From a bacterium (GTDB lineage: Bacteria > Patescibacteriota > Minisyncoccia > Phycocordibacterales > CALRBL01), in NCBI GenBank assembly GCA_027487075.1, contig JAIYEG010000010.1:47270-111269 (forward strand): a stretch of 64,000 bases of DNA, in the 5' to 3' direction. The notes below the pieces were generated by a model that saw only the letters and a list, made by a program, of their open reading frames with translations, was not told the DNA's origin and did not search any database. Numbering within the stretch: position 1 is the stretch's first letter; each line of letters starts with the position of its first letter. The translations under genes were made by a program, and so were the position numbers. Of this stretch, positions 29,968 to 39,211 are shown in pieces.

Positions 29968-31069
29968 GACCGCCACGTTCTACGGATTTTCTTCAGCAAC
30001 CGAACACATCAAAGACTTCGCGACTATTGAAAGTGACTTCAAAAAAGCTCGCTCTATTATTGCTATATGCCCGAAATGCGCCATCCCCGAGAAGATTGCA
30101 CTCATTCGCATGTACCACGACAAAAAAATGTCGGCACTCAGCCAGCCTGCGATGATCTTCTACAAAAGCTTGATGCCTGAGTCTGAAACCTTCAATCTCG
30201 AAATTATTGGCAACCCAAAAAGCATTGCGGACGCACTCATCATCGAGACCTCATTCGTCATCGCAAAAGAAGAGTACGGCGAACAGCATGTCAGCCTCGA
30301 ACTCAACACCCTTGGCGATAAAGAATCAATGGCTCGCCTTCAACGAGAACTCACCGCGTTCTACCGCAAAAACTGGAGTAAAGTTCCCAAAGACCTCAAG
30401 CCGATCTATAAAAAAGATATATTTGCCTCGTTTAAAGCAACTGACCCCGAAGCACTTGAGCTTCGCATGCAAGGACCCGATCCGATTCGCTGTCTTTCAG
30501 AACACAGCCGCCAACACTTTAAAGAAGTGCTCGACTATGTAGAGAATGCAAAAATCCCCTACGCCATCAACCACTCACTATTAGGTGACACCTGTTTTGG
30601 ATGCGAAACCGTCTTTGAAATTGTCCTCCGCACCAAGTCTGGCGAAAAGAAACGTATTGCAAGCGGTCAGCGCTACAATGCCATCGCACGTAAATTCCTC
30701 GGCAAGAAAGATGTTGCGGCCATCGGTGCAACCATGTGGCTCAAAAAAGAAAGCATGAACTGTGACACCAAAGGCAAAGAAGCAAAACCAAAATTCTTTT
30801 TTATCCAACTCGGCTTCGAAGCAAAACTACAAAGCCTCCACCTTCTCGAATTACTCCGCAAAGCCAACATGAATGTCTACCAATCACTCTCAAAAGACCG
30901 CATGACCACCCAGCTCACACAAGCAGAAAAGATGGAAATCCCCTACGTTATCATCATGGGCAAAAAAGAAGCCATGGAAAACAGCGTCCTCGTCCGCAAC
31001 ATGACCACCCGCAAACAAGACACCGTCGCACTCGCCGACCTCGTTGAGTATGCGAAGGGGTTGAAATAA
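29954..31069 (+). CDS. Histidyl-tRNA synthetase-like paralog with degenerate catalytic motifs (HisZ-like or pseudo-HisRS)
   Basis: HisRS-like core (SLELNTLGD..., LGDTCFGCETVFE instead of RGLDYYTGTVFE, SGQRYNAI instead of GGRYDGL) and a class IIa anticodon-binding-like C-terminus. N-terminal motif-1 region is absent. Confidence 0.55.
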   Translation: MKPSKTATFYGFSSATEHIKDFATIESDFKKARSIIAICPKCAIPEKIALIRMYHDKKMSALSQPAMIFYKSLMPESETFNLEIIGNPKSIADALIIETSFVIAKEEYGEQHVSLELNTLGDKESMARLQRELTAFYRKNWSKVPKDLKPIYKKDIFASFKATDPEALELRMQGPDPIRCLSEHSRQHFKEVLDYVENAKIPYAINHSLLGDTCFGCETVFEIVLRTKSGEKKRIASGQRYNAIARKFLGKKDVAAIGATMWLKKESMNCDTKGKEAKPKFFFIQLGFEAKLQSLHLLELLRKANMNVYQSLSKDRMTTQLTQAEKMEIPYVIIMGKKEAMENSVLVRNMTTRKQDTVALADLVEYAKGLK

Positions 31070-31156
31070 CTCCCTTATTATTTGAGATTTTCTTAAAGCA
31101 AACTTTTGACCCTAATATTTAAAATAGCTACAGACTTAGGCTGATAACTTAGGTCG

Positions 31157-31234
31157 TGGGCATGTGCTGGCGTAGTATTTCACCTTCATCAAGTGAAATA
31201 TGCGGGTTCGATCCCCGTCATGTCCACCAAAACA
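31157..31234 (+). other. Aberrant tRNA-like element (acceptor stem + T-arm + CCA, D-arm missing)
   Basis: GGGCATG...CATGTCC-A-CCA acceptor pairing, T-arm GCGGG-TTCGATC-CCCGT, anticodon-like hairpin TTTCAC-CTTCATCAA-GTGAAA. Only 12 nt lie where the D-arm should be. Confidence 0.35.
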
Positions 31235-31248
31235 AACTATTACCAGAT

Positions 31249-31278
31249 ATAAAAAAGCTGCACTTCAGCAGCTTTTTT
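31249..31278. terminator. Bidirectional intrinsic terminator
   Basis: aaaaaagctgc-acttca-gcagctttttt. Confidence 0.6.
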
Positions 31279-31478
31279 CATCTAGTTTGTCGTGTCCACC
31301 AGCTGCAATGCAGCACACATAGTAAAAACCACGGAAGACACAAAGTCAATCAATAAGTAAAGTTAGTTTCAAGACTTGCTATATTTTATTTCCTGGAAAA
31401 AACATCGCGCAGTGCACGAGTATAGCAATTCTCACCAGAAAACATGCATGTTTTTGGAAGACAAGTAAGAGCGGCTTA

Positions 31479-31614
31479 CAAGGGGGCAGGTACCTTTTCA
31501 CTATATCTTGGAAGGAGGCTCGCGGAGTGCGACGGCACGAGCGTGAGGAATTTTTTAGTAAAAAAATATCCGTACTCCTGGAAAGATATAGTGAAAAGGT
31601 ACCTGCCCCCCTTG
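31479..31614. repeat. Nested palindromic intergenic element, copy 4
   Basis: 31-bp perfect outer IR caagggggcaggtaccttttcactatatctt / aagatatagtgaaaaggtacctgccccccttg around the core ...GGCACGAGCGTGAGGAATTTTTTAGTAAAAAAATATCCGTACTC. Lies upstream of rpsU. Confidence 0.8.
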
Positions 31615-31649
31615 CAAAGCACCTCACCTCGTGTTATTCTCTACAACCT

Positions 31650-31883
31650 ATGGCAACAAACGTCCAAATCGAACGAGGAGCAACCGAAAATAACGCCGTT
31701 GTTATTCGTAAATTCACCAAAAAGGTCCAGGAAGCTGGTATTTTGAACCGTGTTCGCGGTATTCGCTACCACGAGCGATCAGCTTCAAAATACGTTCAAA
31801 AGAAGAAGGCACTCAAGGTCCTCGGCCGCCGCAAGGAAATGGAACTCCAGATCAAGCTCGGCAAAGTTCGCGCTCGCGCCTAA
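31650..31883 (+). CDS. rpsU: 30S ribosomal protein S21
   Basis: 77-aa basic protein with S21-like pattern (VVIRKFTKKVQEAGIL...RYHERSASKYVQKKKA). The longer upstream ORF is a read-through of the repeat element. Confidence 0.75.
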   Translation: MATNVQIERGATENNAVVIRKFTKKVQEAGILNRVRGIRYHERSASKYVQKKKALKVLGRRKEMELQIKLGKVRARA

Positions 31884-31891
31884 CCTGACCA

Positions 31892-32272
31892 ATGCTCGTC
31901 ATCTCTTCAACCGTAAAAAACAATGCGCCGAAAGACGCATTGTTTTTTCGTAAGGCACTCGAACACGTGCTCGGCAAAGACTACGAGCTCTCACTTGTCT
32001 TCATCGGCAACAAGCGATCCCGCGCCCTCAATCGGACTCACCGCAACATCGACAAACCAACAGACATTCTTTCATTCACACTCGACAAGCACACGGGAGA
32101 AATATACATCAATATTCCCTATTCGATGAAAAAATGTAAACAATTCGACCGGCTTTTCCCCAACTATGTGAAATTTATCTACATTCACGGCCTTTTTCAT
32201 TTGAAAGGATACGACCATGGTAGTACAATGGAAGCTAAAGAAGCGGTCGTAAGAAAAATTTTTAATGTCTAA
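31892..32272 (+). CDS. ybeY: rRNA maturation RNase YbeY
   Basis: HGLFHLKGYDH zinc-binding motif. Confidence 0.85.
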   Translation: MLVISSTVKNNAPKDALFFRKALEHVLGKDYELSLVFIGNKRSRALNRTHRNIDKPTDILSFTLDKHTGEIYINIPYSMKKCKQFDRLFPNYVKFIYIHGLFHLKGYDHGSTMEAKEAVVRKIFNV

Positions 32273-33449
32273 ACACGTATCCATCGGCATCGATATAGGA
32301 ACACACTTCACACGAGCCGTATGCCTGCAAGACAACGGGACGAATATTCGTATCGCTGGTGTCGGACTCGCCGAATCTAAAGGGGTGCGTCATGGCTATA
32401 TCACCAATATCCCTGAAGCAGCAAAAAGTATTCGTGCCGCACTCAAACACATCGAAAAGTCGATGGCAGGCATCAAGCTTCCTCCTATCTGTATCTCTAT
32501 TGGTGGTGTCGGACTCTCTGGAAATATTTTCCAATCAAGTGTACCTATTTCTCGTACCGAGCTTGAGGTAAGCGACAAAGATGTAGCCAAAGTATCTGAC
32601 CATGCACGAAGCGACATGCCACAAGCTTTTGCCGTCAACCGCCGTGTCCTTCACAGCTTCCCTCTTCAATACAAAGTTGATGGACGTGTGATACCTGGCA
32701 AACCCCATGGTCTTCGTGGAAGCAAGCTCGAAAGTCGCACCCTTTTCATCACATGTCTTGCTCATCATGTCAATGATGCTATCGAGGCCATCGAAACTGC
32801 TGGTTACGAAGTAGACGATATCACTTCATCACCTATTGCCCGCGGCAACCTCCTTCTCACTAAAGCTGAAAAGATTGCGGGAGTTGCCCTCATCGATATC
32901 GGTTCAGAAACCACCTCACTCGTGGTATACGAAAATGGCCTCCCCATTTCACTCGAAGTCTTCAACACAGGCTCGAACGACATCACCAATGACATTGCAC
33001 TTGGACTCAAGATCAGCCTTCCTGAAGCAGAAGAAATCAAGCGTGGTATCGGCATCGGCCGCAGTGATCACCCACAAAAGAAATTAAATGATGTAATCGC
33101 AAAGCGTCTCTCTTCAATCTTTGAACTTATTGAGGGACACCTTAAGAAAATCGGCAAGTCAGGTTTGCTTCCTGCTGGTGTCGTATTATCAGGAGGAGGA
33201 GCAGAAATCACCACCATCGAATCTGCTGCAAAGGCACATCTTCGCCTCCCTGCTCGCCGGATCGAAGAACGCGTCGACAATGGTTCACGAGGACAAATGA
33301 AGACCAGCGAATGGGCGGGCGCCTATGGCGCTGCCATGTTCAGTATGTCGAACGATGATGAAGAGTCATTTGGTCTCAAGCGCACCCTCGCACTCGGAAA
33401 GCAGACAGGAAAGAATTTTTTGGAGTGGATTAAGCAATTCCTACCATAG
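32265..33449 (+). CDS. ftsA: Cell division protein FtsA
   Basis: Actin-like ATPase (IGIDIGT..., LIDIGSETT, GVVLSGGGA). Directly upstream of ftsZ. Confidence 0.85.
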   Translation: MSKHVSIGIDIGTHFTRAVCLQDNGTNIRIAGVGLAESKGVRHGYITNIPEAAKSIRAALKHIEKSMAGIKLPPICISIGGVGLSGNIFQSSVPISRTELEVSDKDVAKVSDHARSDMPQAFAVNRRVLHSFPLQYKVDGRVIPGKPHGLRGSKLESRTLFITCLAHHVNDAIEAIETAGYEVDDITSSPIARGNLLLTKAEKIAGVALIDIGSETTSLVVYENGLPISLEVFNTGSNDITNDIALGLKISLPEAEEIKRGIGIGRSDHPQKKLNDVIAKRLSSIFELIEGHLKKIGKSGLLPAGVVLSGGGAEITTIESAAKAHLRLPARRIEERVDNGSRGQMKTSEWAGAYGAAMFSMSNDDEESFGLKRTLALGKQTGKNFLEWIKQFLP

Positions 33450-33488
33450 AAGTCAATAGCTTTCTTTTATATACTCATCTGATATTAT

Positions 33489-34775
33489 ATGCCCAGCAAC
33501 ATAACACGGAAACATAACCACAAAGATATGCCTCAAATCAAACCAGAAGTAGAAACATTCGCACGCATCAAGGTAGTTGGCGTGGGTGGATCAGGAAAGA
33601 ACGCAGTTAATCACATGGTGAACGCCAAGGTGAAAGGTATTGATTTCATCTCTATCAACACTGATGCCCAAGACCTGCATCACTCTCTCGCAAAGAAAAA
33701 AATTCACGTTGGAAAAAACCTCACACGTGGCCTCGGAGCTGGCATGAACCCAGAAATCGGAAAGCGCGCAGCTGAAGAGACTCGCGAAGAGATCCAGGAA
33801 GCTCTCAAAGGAGCAGACATGGTATTCGTGACTGGAGGTATGGGAGGAGGTACCGGAACCGGTGCATCACCTGTTGTTGCACGTATTGCACGTGATATGG
33901 GAGCCCTCACTATCGGCGTCGTCACCAAGCCATTCGGTTTTGAAGGAGCACTCCGCACCAAACTTGCTGAACAAGGTATTGCCGAACTTCGTGATGCCGT
34001 AGACGCCATCGTCATCATTCCTAATGATCGCCTCATGATGGTGATCTCAAAAGAGACCACCGCACGTCAAGCATTCCAAATGTCAGACGAAGTATTGAAA
34101 CAAGCTGTTGAAGGTATTTCAGACCTCATCACTACTCCAGGAACCATTGCAAACATCGACTTCGCCGATATCCGCGCTGTTCTCGACAATGCTGGATCAG
34201 CACTCATGGGAGTGGGAACTGCAAGTGGCGAAAAGCGTGCTGAAGATGCTGCAAAAGCTGCTATCAACTCACCTCTTATCGATCTTTCGATCGCTGGCGC
34301 GCGCGGAGTCCTCTTCTCTATCGCTGGAGGTACCGACCTTACTATGTTTGAAATCCAGGATGCAGCCAAGATCATCACCGAGTCTATCGACCCTGAAGCA
34401 AAAGTTATCTTCGGTACCGTGCACGACGAGAAACTCAAGAAGGGCGAAGTTAAGATCACGGTTATTGCGTCTGGTTTTGCTGAGGGAGGTAACCAGCGAC
34501 GCTCATCATCATTCGATCGTCCTATGCCAATGTCACCTTCTGCACTCGACCGCGACGAAGATCAGCCTCGTGGAAAGATCTACAATACCCTTCAATCACT
34601 CACACGTGATGTGAAGCCTATCTCAGAAAAGTATGAACCTCGTGTTGAAAAAGTAGAAATGAAGCCTGATGTGATCGTAAAGAAAGAAGAGGAGAAGATC
34701 GAACCCACCGCAGCCACCAATGACGACAACGATGACTGGGGCGCTGTACCAGCATTTCTCCGACGAAAAAAATAG
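33489..34775 (+). CDS. ftsZ: Cell division protein FtsZ
   Basis: Tubulin signature GGGTGTG, T7 loop, disordered C-terminal linker. Confidence 0.95.
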   Translation: MPSNITRKHNHKDMPQIKPEVETFARIKVVGVGGSGKNAVNHMVNAKVKGIDFISINTDAQDLHHSLAKKKIHVGKNLTRGLGAGMNPEIGKRAAEETREEIQEALKGADMVFVTGGMGGGTGTGASPVVARIARDMGALTIGVVTKPFGFEGALRTKLAEQGIAELRDAVDAIVIIPNDRLMMVISKETTARQAFQMSDEVLKQAVEGISDLITTPGTIANIDFADIRAVLDNAGSALMGVGTASGEKRAEDAAKAAINSPLIDLSIAGARGVLFSIAGGTDLTMFEIQDAAKIITESIDPEAKVIFGTVHDEKLKKGEVKITVIASGFAEGGNQRRSSSFDRPMPMSPSALDRDEDQPRGKIYNTLQSLTRDVKPISEKYEPRVEKVEMKPDVIVKKEEEKIEPTAATNDDNDDWGAVPAFLRRKK

Positions 34776-34793
34776 ATAATTTAAAAGGTTACT

Positions 34794-35330
34794 TTACCAC
34801 CCTGCTGTTGCAACACTATCGCTTGTTAATGTAAAAGCATGTGTTGGTCGTAGTGGATCGTAAAACACATCAGAGGAACTTATCGGTCCTTCAGGTGAGC
34901 AGTGTGCGATTAGCTTGTAATTTCGACCATCAGATCTATATATATATGATCGACTCCATGCATCTGGAGTACAAACAGCCAAAGGCGATGCCGTGGGATT
35001 AGGATCAGCGGGCAATGCACCTATTGCTCCGCTGGCAACCAACCCAGGTATCCATGCTCCACCATTATGACTTGTGCCGAACGGTTGCCCGCTCACATGA
35101 GATGTGAAATATGCTCCACCTGTCGACGGATAGCTTCCATTGGCAGCGAAATAAATTTCAAGCGAATTTCGTAGTTGAATCATTTGCTGCTTTCTAGTAG
35201 CATCTCTCCCCTTGGCGCGCGCTGTATTAAGTGAAGCTAGCACCACGCTCGATAAGACACCGATAATAGATATCACCACAAGAAGTTCGATGAGGGTAAA
35301 ACCTTTGGGGGCATGCTTAGCGCTGTTCAT
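34794..35330 (-). CDS. Type IV pilin/pseudopilin (prepilin-type N-terminal cleavage/methylation domain)
   Basis: KGFTLIELLVVISIIGVLSSVVLASL class III signal. Confidence 0.8.
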   Translation of the reverse strand: MNSAKHAPKGFTLIELLVVISIIGVLSSVVLASLNTARAKGRDATRKQQMIQLRNSLEIYFAANGSYPSTGGAYFTSHVSGQPFGTSHNGGAWIPGLVASGAIGALPADPNPTASPLAVCTPDAWSRSYIYRSDGRNYKLIAHCSPEGPISSSDVFYDPLRPTHAFTLTSDSVATAGW

Positions 35331-35337
35331 AGTGTGA

Positions 35338-35631
35338 TTATTGTGAATTTAATGGCATTAAGACAGGCAAACCTTGCTCATTTCGCTCAACCTTATATCC
35401 ATCAGGAATAGATTGACCTTCTCTTATAAAGCCAAAATATATAACACACAACGTGAGTACGGTACAAATACCAATAACCCAATACATAAGCAATGTAACA
35501 GAATATTCATCATCAACCACTCCCTTTTTTAGTAACCAACCGATAATACCCTTTCGAGATAAGCTCTGTGTTTGTTCTACGTGTGTGAGTGCATCATTTT
35601 TGAATTCATCTGGAAATTCTAGCGATGACAT
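35338..35631 (-). CDS. Small membrane protein paired with the pilin gene
   Basis: 97 aa, one TM. Paralog of 36206-36484 (LLKKGVVDDE / LIKKGIAKDGQ). Confidence 0.4.
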   Translation of the reverse strand: MSSLEFPDEFKNDALTHVEQTQSLSRKGIIGWLLKKGVVDDEYSVTLLMYWVIGICTVLTLCVIYFGFIREGQSIPDGYKVERNEQGLPVLMPLNSQ

Positions 35632-35645
35632 TGTTGTAATAATTA

Positions 35646-36209
35646 TTAGTTATTTGCTCCAAGATAAATATAGCACGCGTACTTACTTGCACAGTTCTCC
35701 CCACCTGATGGAAAATTGGGTGCAGCTCGTAGCATCCCTGGTCCACACATTGGATTATCACCTTCATGATACCATAATAGGTAAGCGCCAGCAGGTGCTG
35801 GGGGATTTGGATATTGAATGTTGCTATTGTATAAATACGCATCACCATAGCATGTTGTGATATTTGCAGGATCATCTGGTATTTTGCTCATGTAAGACTG
35901 CAAAGAGGTATCCAAAGCTGTCGATCCCGTAAAATTAAGGCCTGCCCAACATGAGCCCGTATCACCATGTCCTAAGCATCTCCAAGAGCCAGACGATGAG
36001 GGGAATTGGCCGTTATTATCACTCATATATAAAGACATAGCGTTCACAATCTGTCGAACTTGCTGAAGACGAAGTGCATTTCGTCCTCTTACTCGTGCTG
36101 AATTAAGCGATGCAAGCACCACACTCGACAAGACACCAATAATTGAAATTACTACCAAAAGCTCGATGAGGGTAAAACCTTTAGAATTACTTGTAATAAA
36201 AATCCTCAT
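35646..36209 (-). CDS. Type IV pilin/pseudopilin
   Basis: KGFTLIELLVVISIIGVLSSVVLASL class III signal. Paralog of 34794-35330. Confidence 0.8.
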   Translation of the reverse strand: MRIFITSNSKGFTLIELLVVISIIGVLSSVVLASLNSARVRGRNALRLQQVRQIVNAMSLYMSDNNGQFPSSSGSWRCLGHGDTGSCWAGLNFTGSTALDTSLQSYMSKIPDDPANITTCYGDAYLYNSNIQYPNPPAPAGAYLLWYHEGDNPMCGPGMLRAAPNFPSGGENCASKYACYIYLGANN

Positions 36210-36484
36210 ACACCTTTCATGCTATTAATGTAGGCTTCATTCTCTCTTTGCTGTTCTTCTGGTGAAAGTGGGCTTTGTGGAATATTTTGTCTTGAAGAAT
36301 ACATAAAAATTATTACGATCGTGACAAACGAAACAACAATAATGCCGTACAGCACAAATGAAGCGACTTGCCCATCTTTTGCAATTCCCTTCTTAATGAG
36401 CCAACGCTCCATCGCCGAACCAGATTGCGCATCAATCAGAGGTGATACTGGAGTGTAAGATTGATTTTCAAGTTCAAATGTCAT
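36206..36484 (-). CDS. Small membrane protein paired with the pilin gene
   Basis: 92 aa, one TM. Paralog of 35338-35631. Confidence 0.4.
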   Translation of the reverse strand: MTFELENQSYTPVSPLIDAQSGSAMERWLIKKGIAKDGQVASFVLYGIIVVSFVTIVIIFMYSSRQNIPQSPLSPEEQQRENEAYINSMKGV

Positions 36485-36535
36485 GATCTAATTATATCTT
36501 GCTTGCGCACAAATACAAACGTATACTATCAACCT

Positions 36536-37462
36536 ATGATATATGACTTAGCCATCATCGGAGGAGGACCAGCGGGAGTATCAGCGGGAGTGTATGCATC
36601 ACGCAAACGATTGAAGACGGTGTTTATCACTGATCACTTCGAAGGACAAAGCGCCGTGTCGGAAGGTATTGAAAACTGGATTGGTGAAATCAAGATTAGC
36701 GGTGCTGACCTTGTCAAAAAAATGCACGCTCACCTTCTTGCCTACTCTGAAGGCATCGTTGATATCAAAGAGGGTGCACGCTGTGATGCAATCATCAAAA
36801 AAGAGGATGGCACTTTCGATGTAAAAGCAGGTGCTACTACCTACACGACGCGAGCCATCCTCATCTCTACGGGAAGCCATCGTCGCAAGCTCGAAGCCAA
36901 GGGTGCCTACGAATTCGAGAATAAAGGCGTTGTATACTGCGCCTCATGCGACGGCCCACTCTTTGCCGATCAAGATGTGGTGGTTGCGGGAGGTGGTAAT
37001 GCCGCATTTGAGACCGTCGCCCAGCTCCTTGCGTACTGCAAGAGTGTCACCCTCATCAACCGCAGCAACAATTTCCGCGCCGACCCTGTCACCATCGAAA
37101 AGCTCTCTAACAATCCGAAGCTCACCATCATCAAAAATGCCGTGATAGAAGAAGTAAAAGGAGGAAAATTTGTAAACGGTGTGACCTACAAAGATACTGC
37201 TACCGGAACACTTCACAACCTCTCCGTCACGGGTGTCTTTGTCGAAATTGGTCTTATCCCGAATACCGACTTCTTGAAGGGCGTCGTCGATATCAATAGC
37301 TACGGACACGTAGTCGTCGATCCTCGCACTCAAATGACATCAGTGCCAGGAATCTGGGCAGCAGGTGACTGCACCGACGGTCTCTACCATCAAAACAACA
37401 TCGCCGCAGGTGAAGGTGTCAAAGCACTCGAAGATATTTACACACATCTTCACACGAAGTAA
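36536..37462 (+). CDS. trxB: Thioredoxin-disulfide reductase
   Basis: FAD site GGGPAG, redox CASCDG, NADPH site GGGNAAFE. Confidence 0.85.
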   Translation: MIYDLAIIGGGPAGVSAGVYASRKRLKTVFITDHFEGQSAVSEGIENWIGEIKISGADLVKKMHAHLLAYSEGIVDIKEGARCDAIIKKEDGTFDVKAGATTYTTRAILISTGSHRRKLEAKGAYEFENKGVVYCASCDGPLFADQDVVVAGGGNAAFETVAQLLAYCKSVTLINRSNNFRADPVTIEKLSNNPKLTIIKNAVIEEVKGGKFVNGVTYKDTATGTLHNLSVTGVFVEIGLIPNTDFLKGVVDINSYGHVVVDPRTQMTSVPGIWAAGDCTDGLYHQNNIAAGEGVKALEDIYTHLHTK

Positions 37463-37472
37463 ACTATAGAAT

Positions 37473-37688
37473 ATGGAATTGCTCGTTTCAGGAACTACCA
37501 TCGTCACTATTGTTGTAGCGTGTGTGATGGCGCTCTATTGGCTCAATATTTTTATCATTCTCTATCACCTTATTCGTTTTGGTGTCGGCACACGACCAAA
37601 GCAATCAGCGTTCATCTTTTTTGCGGGATCGTTTGTGCTCTTTCTGTTTTTGATGTTGTCGACGTTGCCAATTATTTACTATAACTAA
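37473..37688 (+). CDS. Small membrane protein
   Basis: 71 aa, two TM. Confidence 0.3.
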   Translation: MELLVSGTTIVTIVVACVMALYWLNIFIILYHLIRFGVGTRPKQSAFIFFAGSFVLFLFLMLSTLPIIYYN

Positions 37689-37692
37689 ACAT

Positions 37693-38247
37693 ATGGCATT
37701 CAACGTATCGATATTTTCACATTCAAAGTACAGTTTCGAAGGCAAGCGTGAACACGAGGAAGTAGAAATCTTCTTGTACAGCCACTGGATTATCATGGCA
37801 CTCAAAGTGCTATTCTATGCCATCCTCGCATTCCTCCCTCTTATTCCCCTTCTCATTTTTGCGCAGACACTCATCAACTTCGAAGTGATTATCTATGTGC
37901 CATTCTTTCTCCTTTTCTACTACATGATGCTATGGTCACTCTTCTTTTATGAGGTCATGATCTATCTTCTCGACACGTGGATTGTCACCAATGAGCGCAT
38001 TCTCGACATCGTTCAAAAAAATTTCTTCTATCGCACCGTATCAGAGCTTGATCTCACCCGCGTCCAAGATATCACCGTCAATACGGGAGGCTTCATTCAG
38101 ACCATATTTGATTTTGGAGATGTGGAGATTCAGTCAGCTGGAGCACAGAATAAGTTTCGTTTTCGCCAAGTTCCTCATCCTAACATGGTCAAAGACCGCA
38201 TCATGAAGCTCGTCACTGAGGCAAAGAAAGATATTGTTCAGCCTTAG
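37693..38247 (+). CDS. Bacterial PH-domain (YdbS/YdbT-like) membrane protein
   Basis: Two TM helices followed by a bPH_2-like segment (TWIVTNERILDIV...DFGDVEIQSAG). Confidence 0.55.
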   Translation: MAFNVSIFSHSKYSFEGKREHEEVEIFLYSHWIIMALKVLFYAILAFLPLIPLLIFAQTLINFEVIIYVPFFLLFYYMMLWSLFFYEVMIYLLDTWIVTNERILDIVQKNFFYRTVSELDLTRVQDITVNTGGFIQTIFDFGDVEIQSAGAQNKFRFRQVPHPNMVKDRIMKLVTEAKKDIVQP

Positions 38248-38254
38248 ATCAAAC

Positions 38255-39193
38255 CTACACTTTTCCTTTCACTGCATTCTGAATAAGTTCAGGAGTAAAT
38301 CCCTGAGGCACTTTGCCTGTTGAGGCATATTCGTAAAGGGCAAGCTTCACAATCGAGTCGAGTGTTGAGGAAATAATGACCACGGCAATCATGTAGATGA
38401 CAAAAAGGATGGCAAGAAGAATCCATACTTCTGGTAGTTGCACGATGATACCAACACCGACAAAGAGGGCCATGACAATGAAGGTAAGCACCATAAAGAA
38501 AAGACTGAGGCCAAAGTTTACGATGATGGCTTCACCCCACGTCTTGCGAATAAGCGCAGCCGACTCTTTGAATGAATCTTGTACTGAACGATTACCTATC
38601 ACGAGTGAAGGAAGACTAAAGTAGGTAAGGATTGCCCATGCGGCACCGAAAAGCCCTGCCACAATCTTGCCAATAAGTTGTGACTTATCTGAGATGACAC
38701 GAAGCACCACCCCAACTGTTGCTGAGATGAATGACCATGCAAAGATTTTGCCGATATTGCGATTGGCTGCATCAATACCATCACCAAACGAAAGATTGCC
38801 TCCATTGAATCGCGCATGCACGATCGCATACACACCTGCTAAGAAATAGTTTGCGATAAAGAACGTCATAAGGTAGTACACGAACAACACAGCGTAGCCA
38901 AGCAGATCAAGCTGAGCGTTTGGTTGAGCTTTGTCGACAGAGTCAAAATAGTGCGGATTTGCACCCATAATGACGAAGAAAAAGACTGAGGCGAGGATGA
39001 TGAGCCCAATGAGCTGAACGATACCGGTCACCACCGGAAACCACGCAAGCTCTTTGTCTTGCTTGAGGACATTAAATGACTCTTTGACGAGCAACTTACT
39101 TGCTGCAAACTTCCCCATTTTAAAGGGAGTTGCGGGAGGGGTTGGTAATGGGTTTGATAATGATGATGTGTCTTGTGGATTCATGACTGTCAT
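38255..39193 (-). CDS. Polytopic membrane protein (function unknown)
   Basis: 312 aa with 6-7 TM helices. Confidence 0.4.
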   Translation of the reverse strand: MTVMNPQDTSSLSNPLPTPPATPFKMGKFAASKLLVKESFNVLKQDKELAWFPVVTGIVQLIGLIILASVFFFVIMGANPHYFDSVDKAQPNAQLDLLGYAVLFVYYLMTFFIANYFLAGVYAIVHARFNGGNLSFGDGIDAANRNIGKIFAWSFISATVGVVLRVISDKSQLIGKIVAGLFGAAWAILTYFSLPSLVIGNRSVQDSFKESAALIRKTWGEAIIVNFGLSLFFMVLTFIVMALFVGVGIIVQLPEVWILLAILFVIYMIAVVIISSTLDSIVKLALYEYASTGKVPQGFTPELIQNAVKGKV

Positions 39194-39211
39194 TATAGCA
39201 AATAAAGCCTT

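Noticed and set aside
31157-31234. Two-piece or permuted tmRNA (ssrA) tRNA-like domain
   Set aside because: No mRNA-like region, no tag reading frame and no pseudoknot-sized segment is present within or near the 78-nt element. Only a tRNA-like fold lacking a D-arm is supportable.
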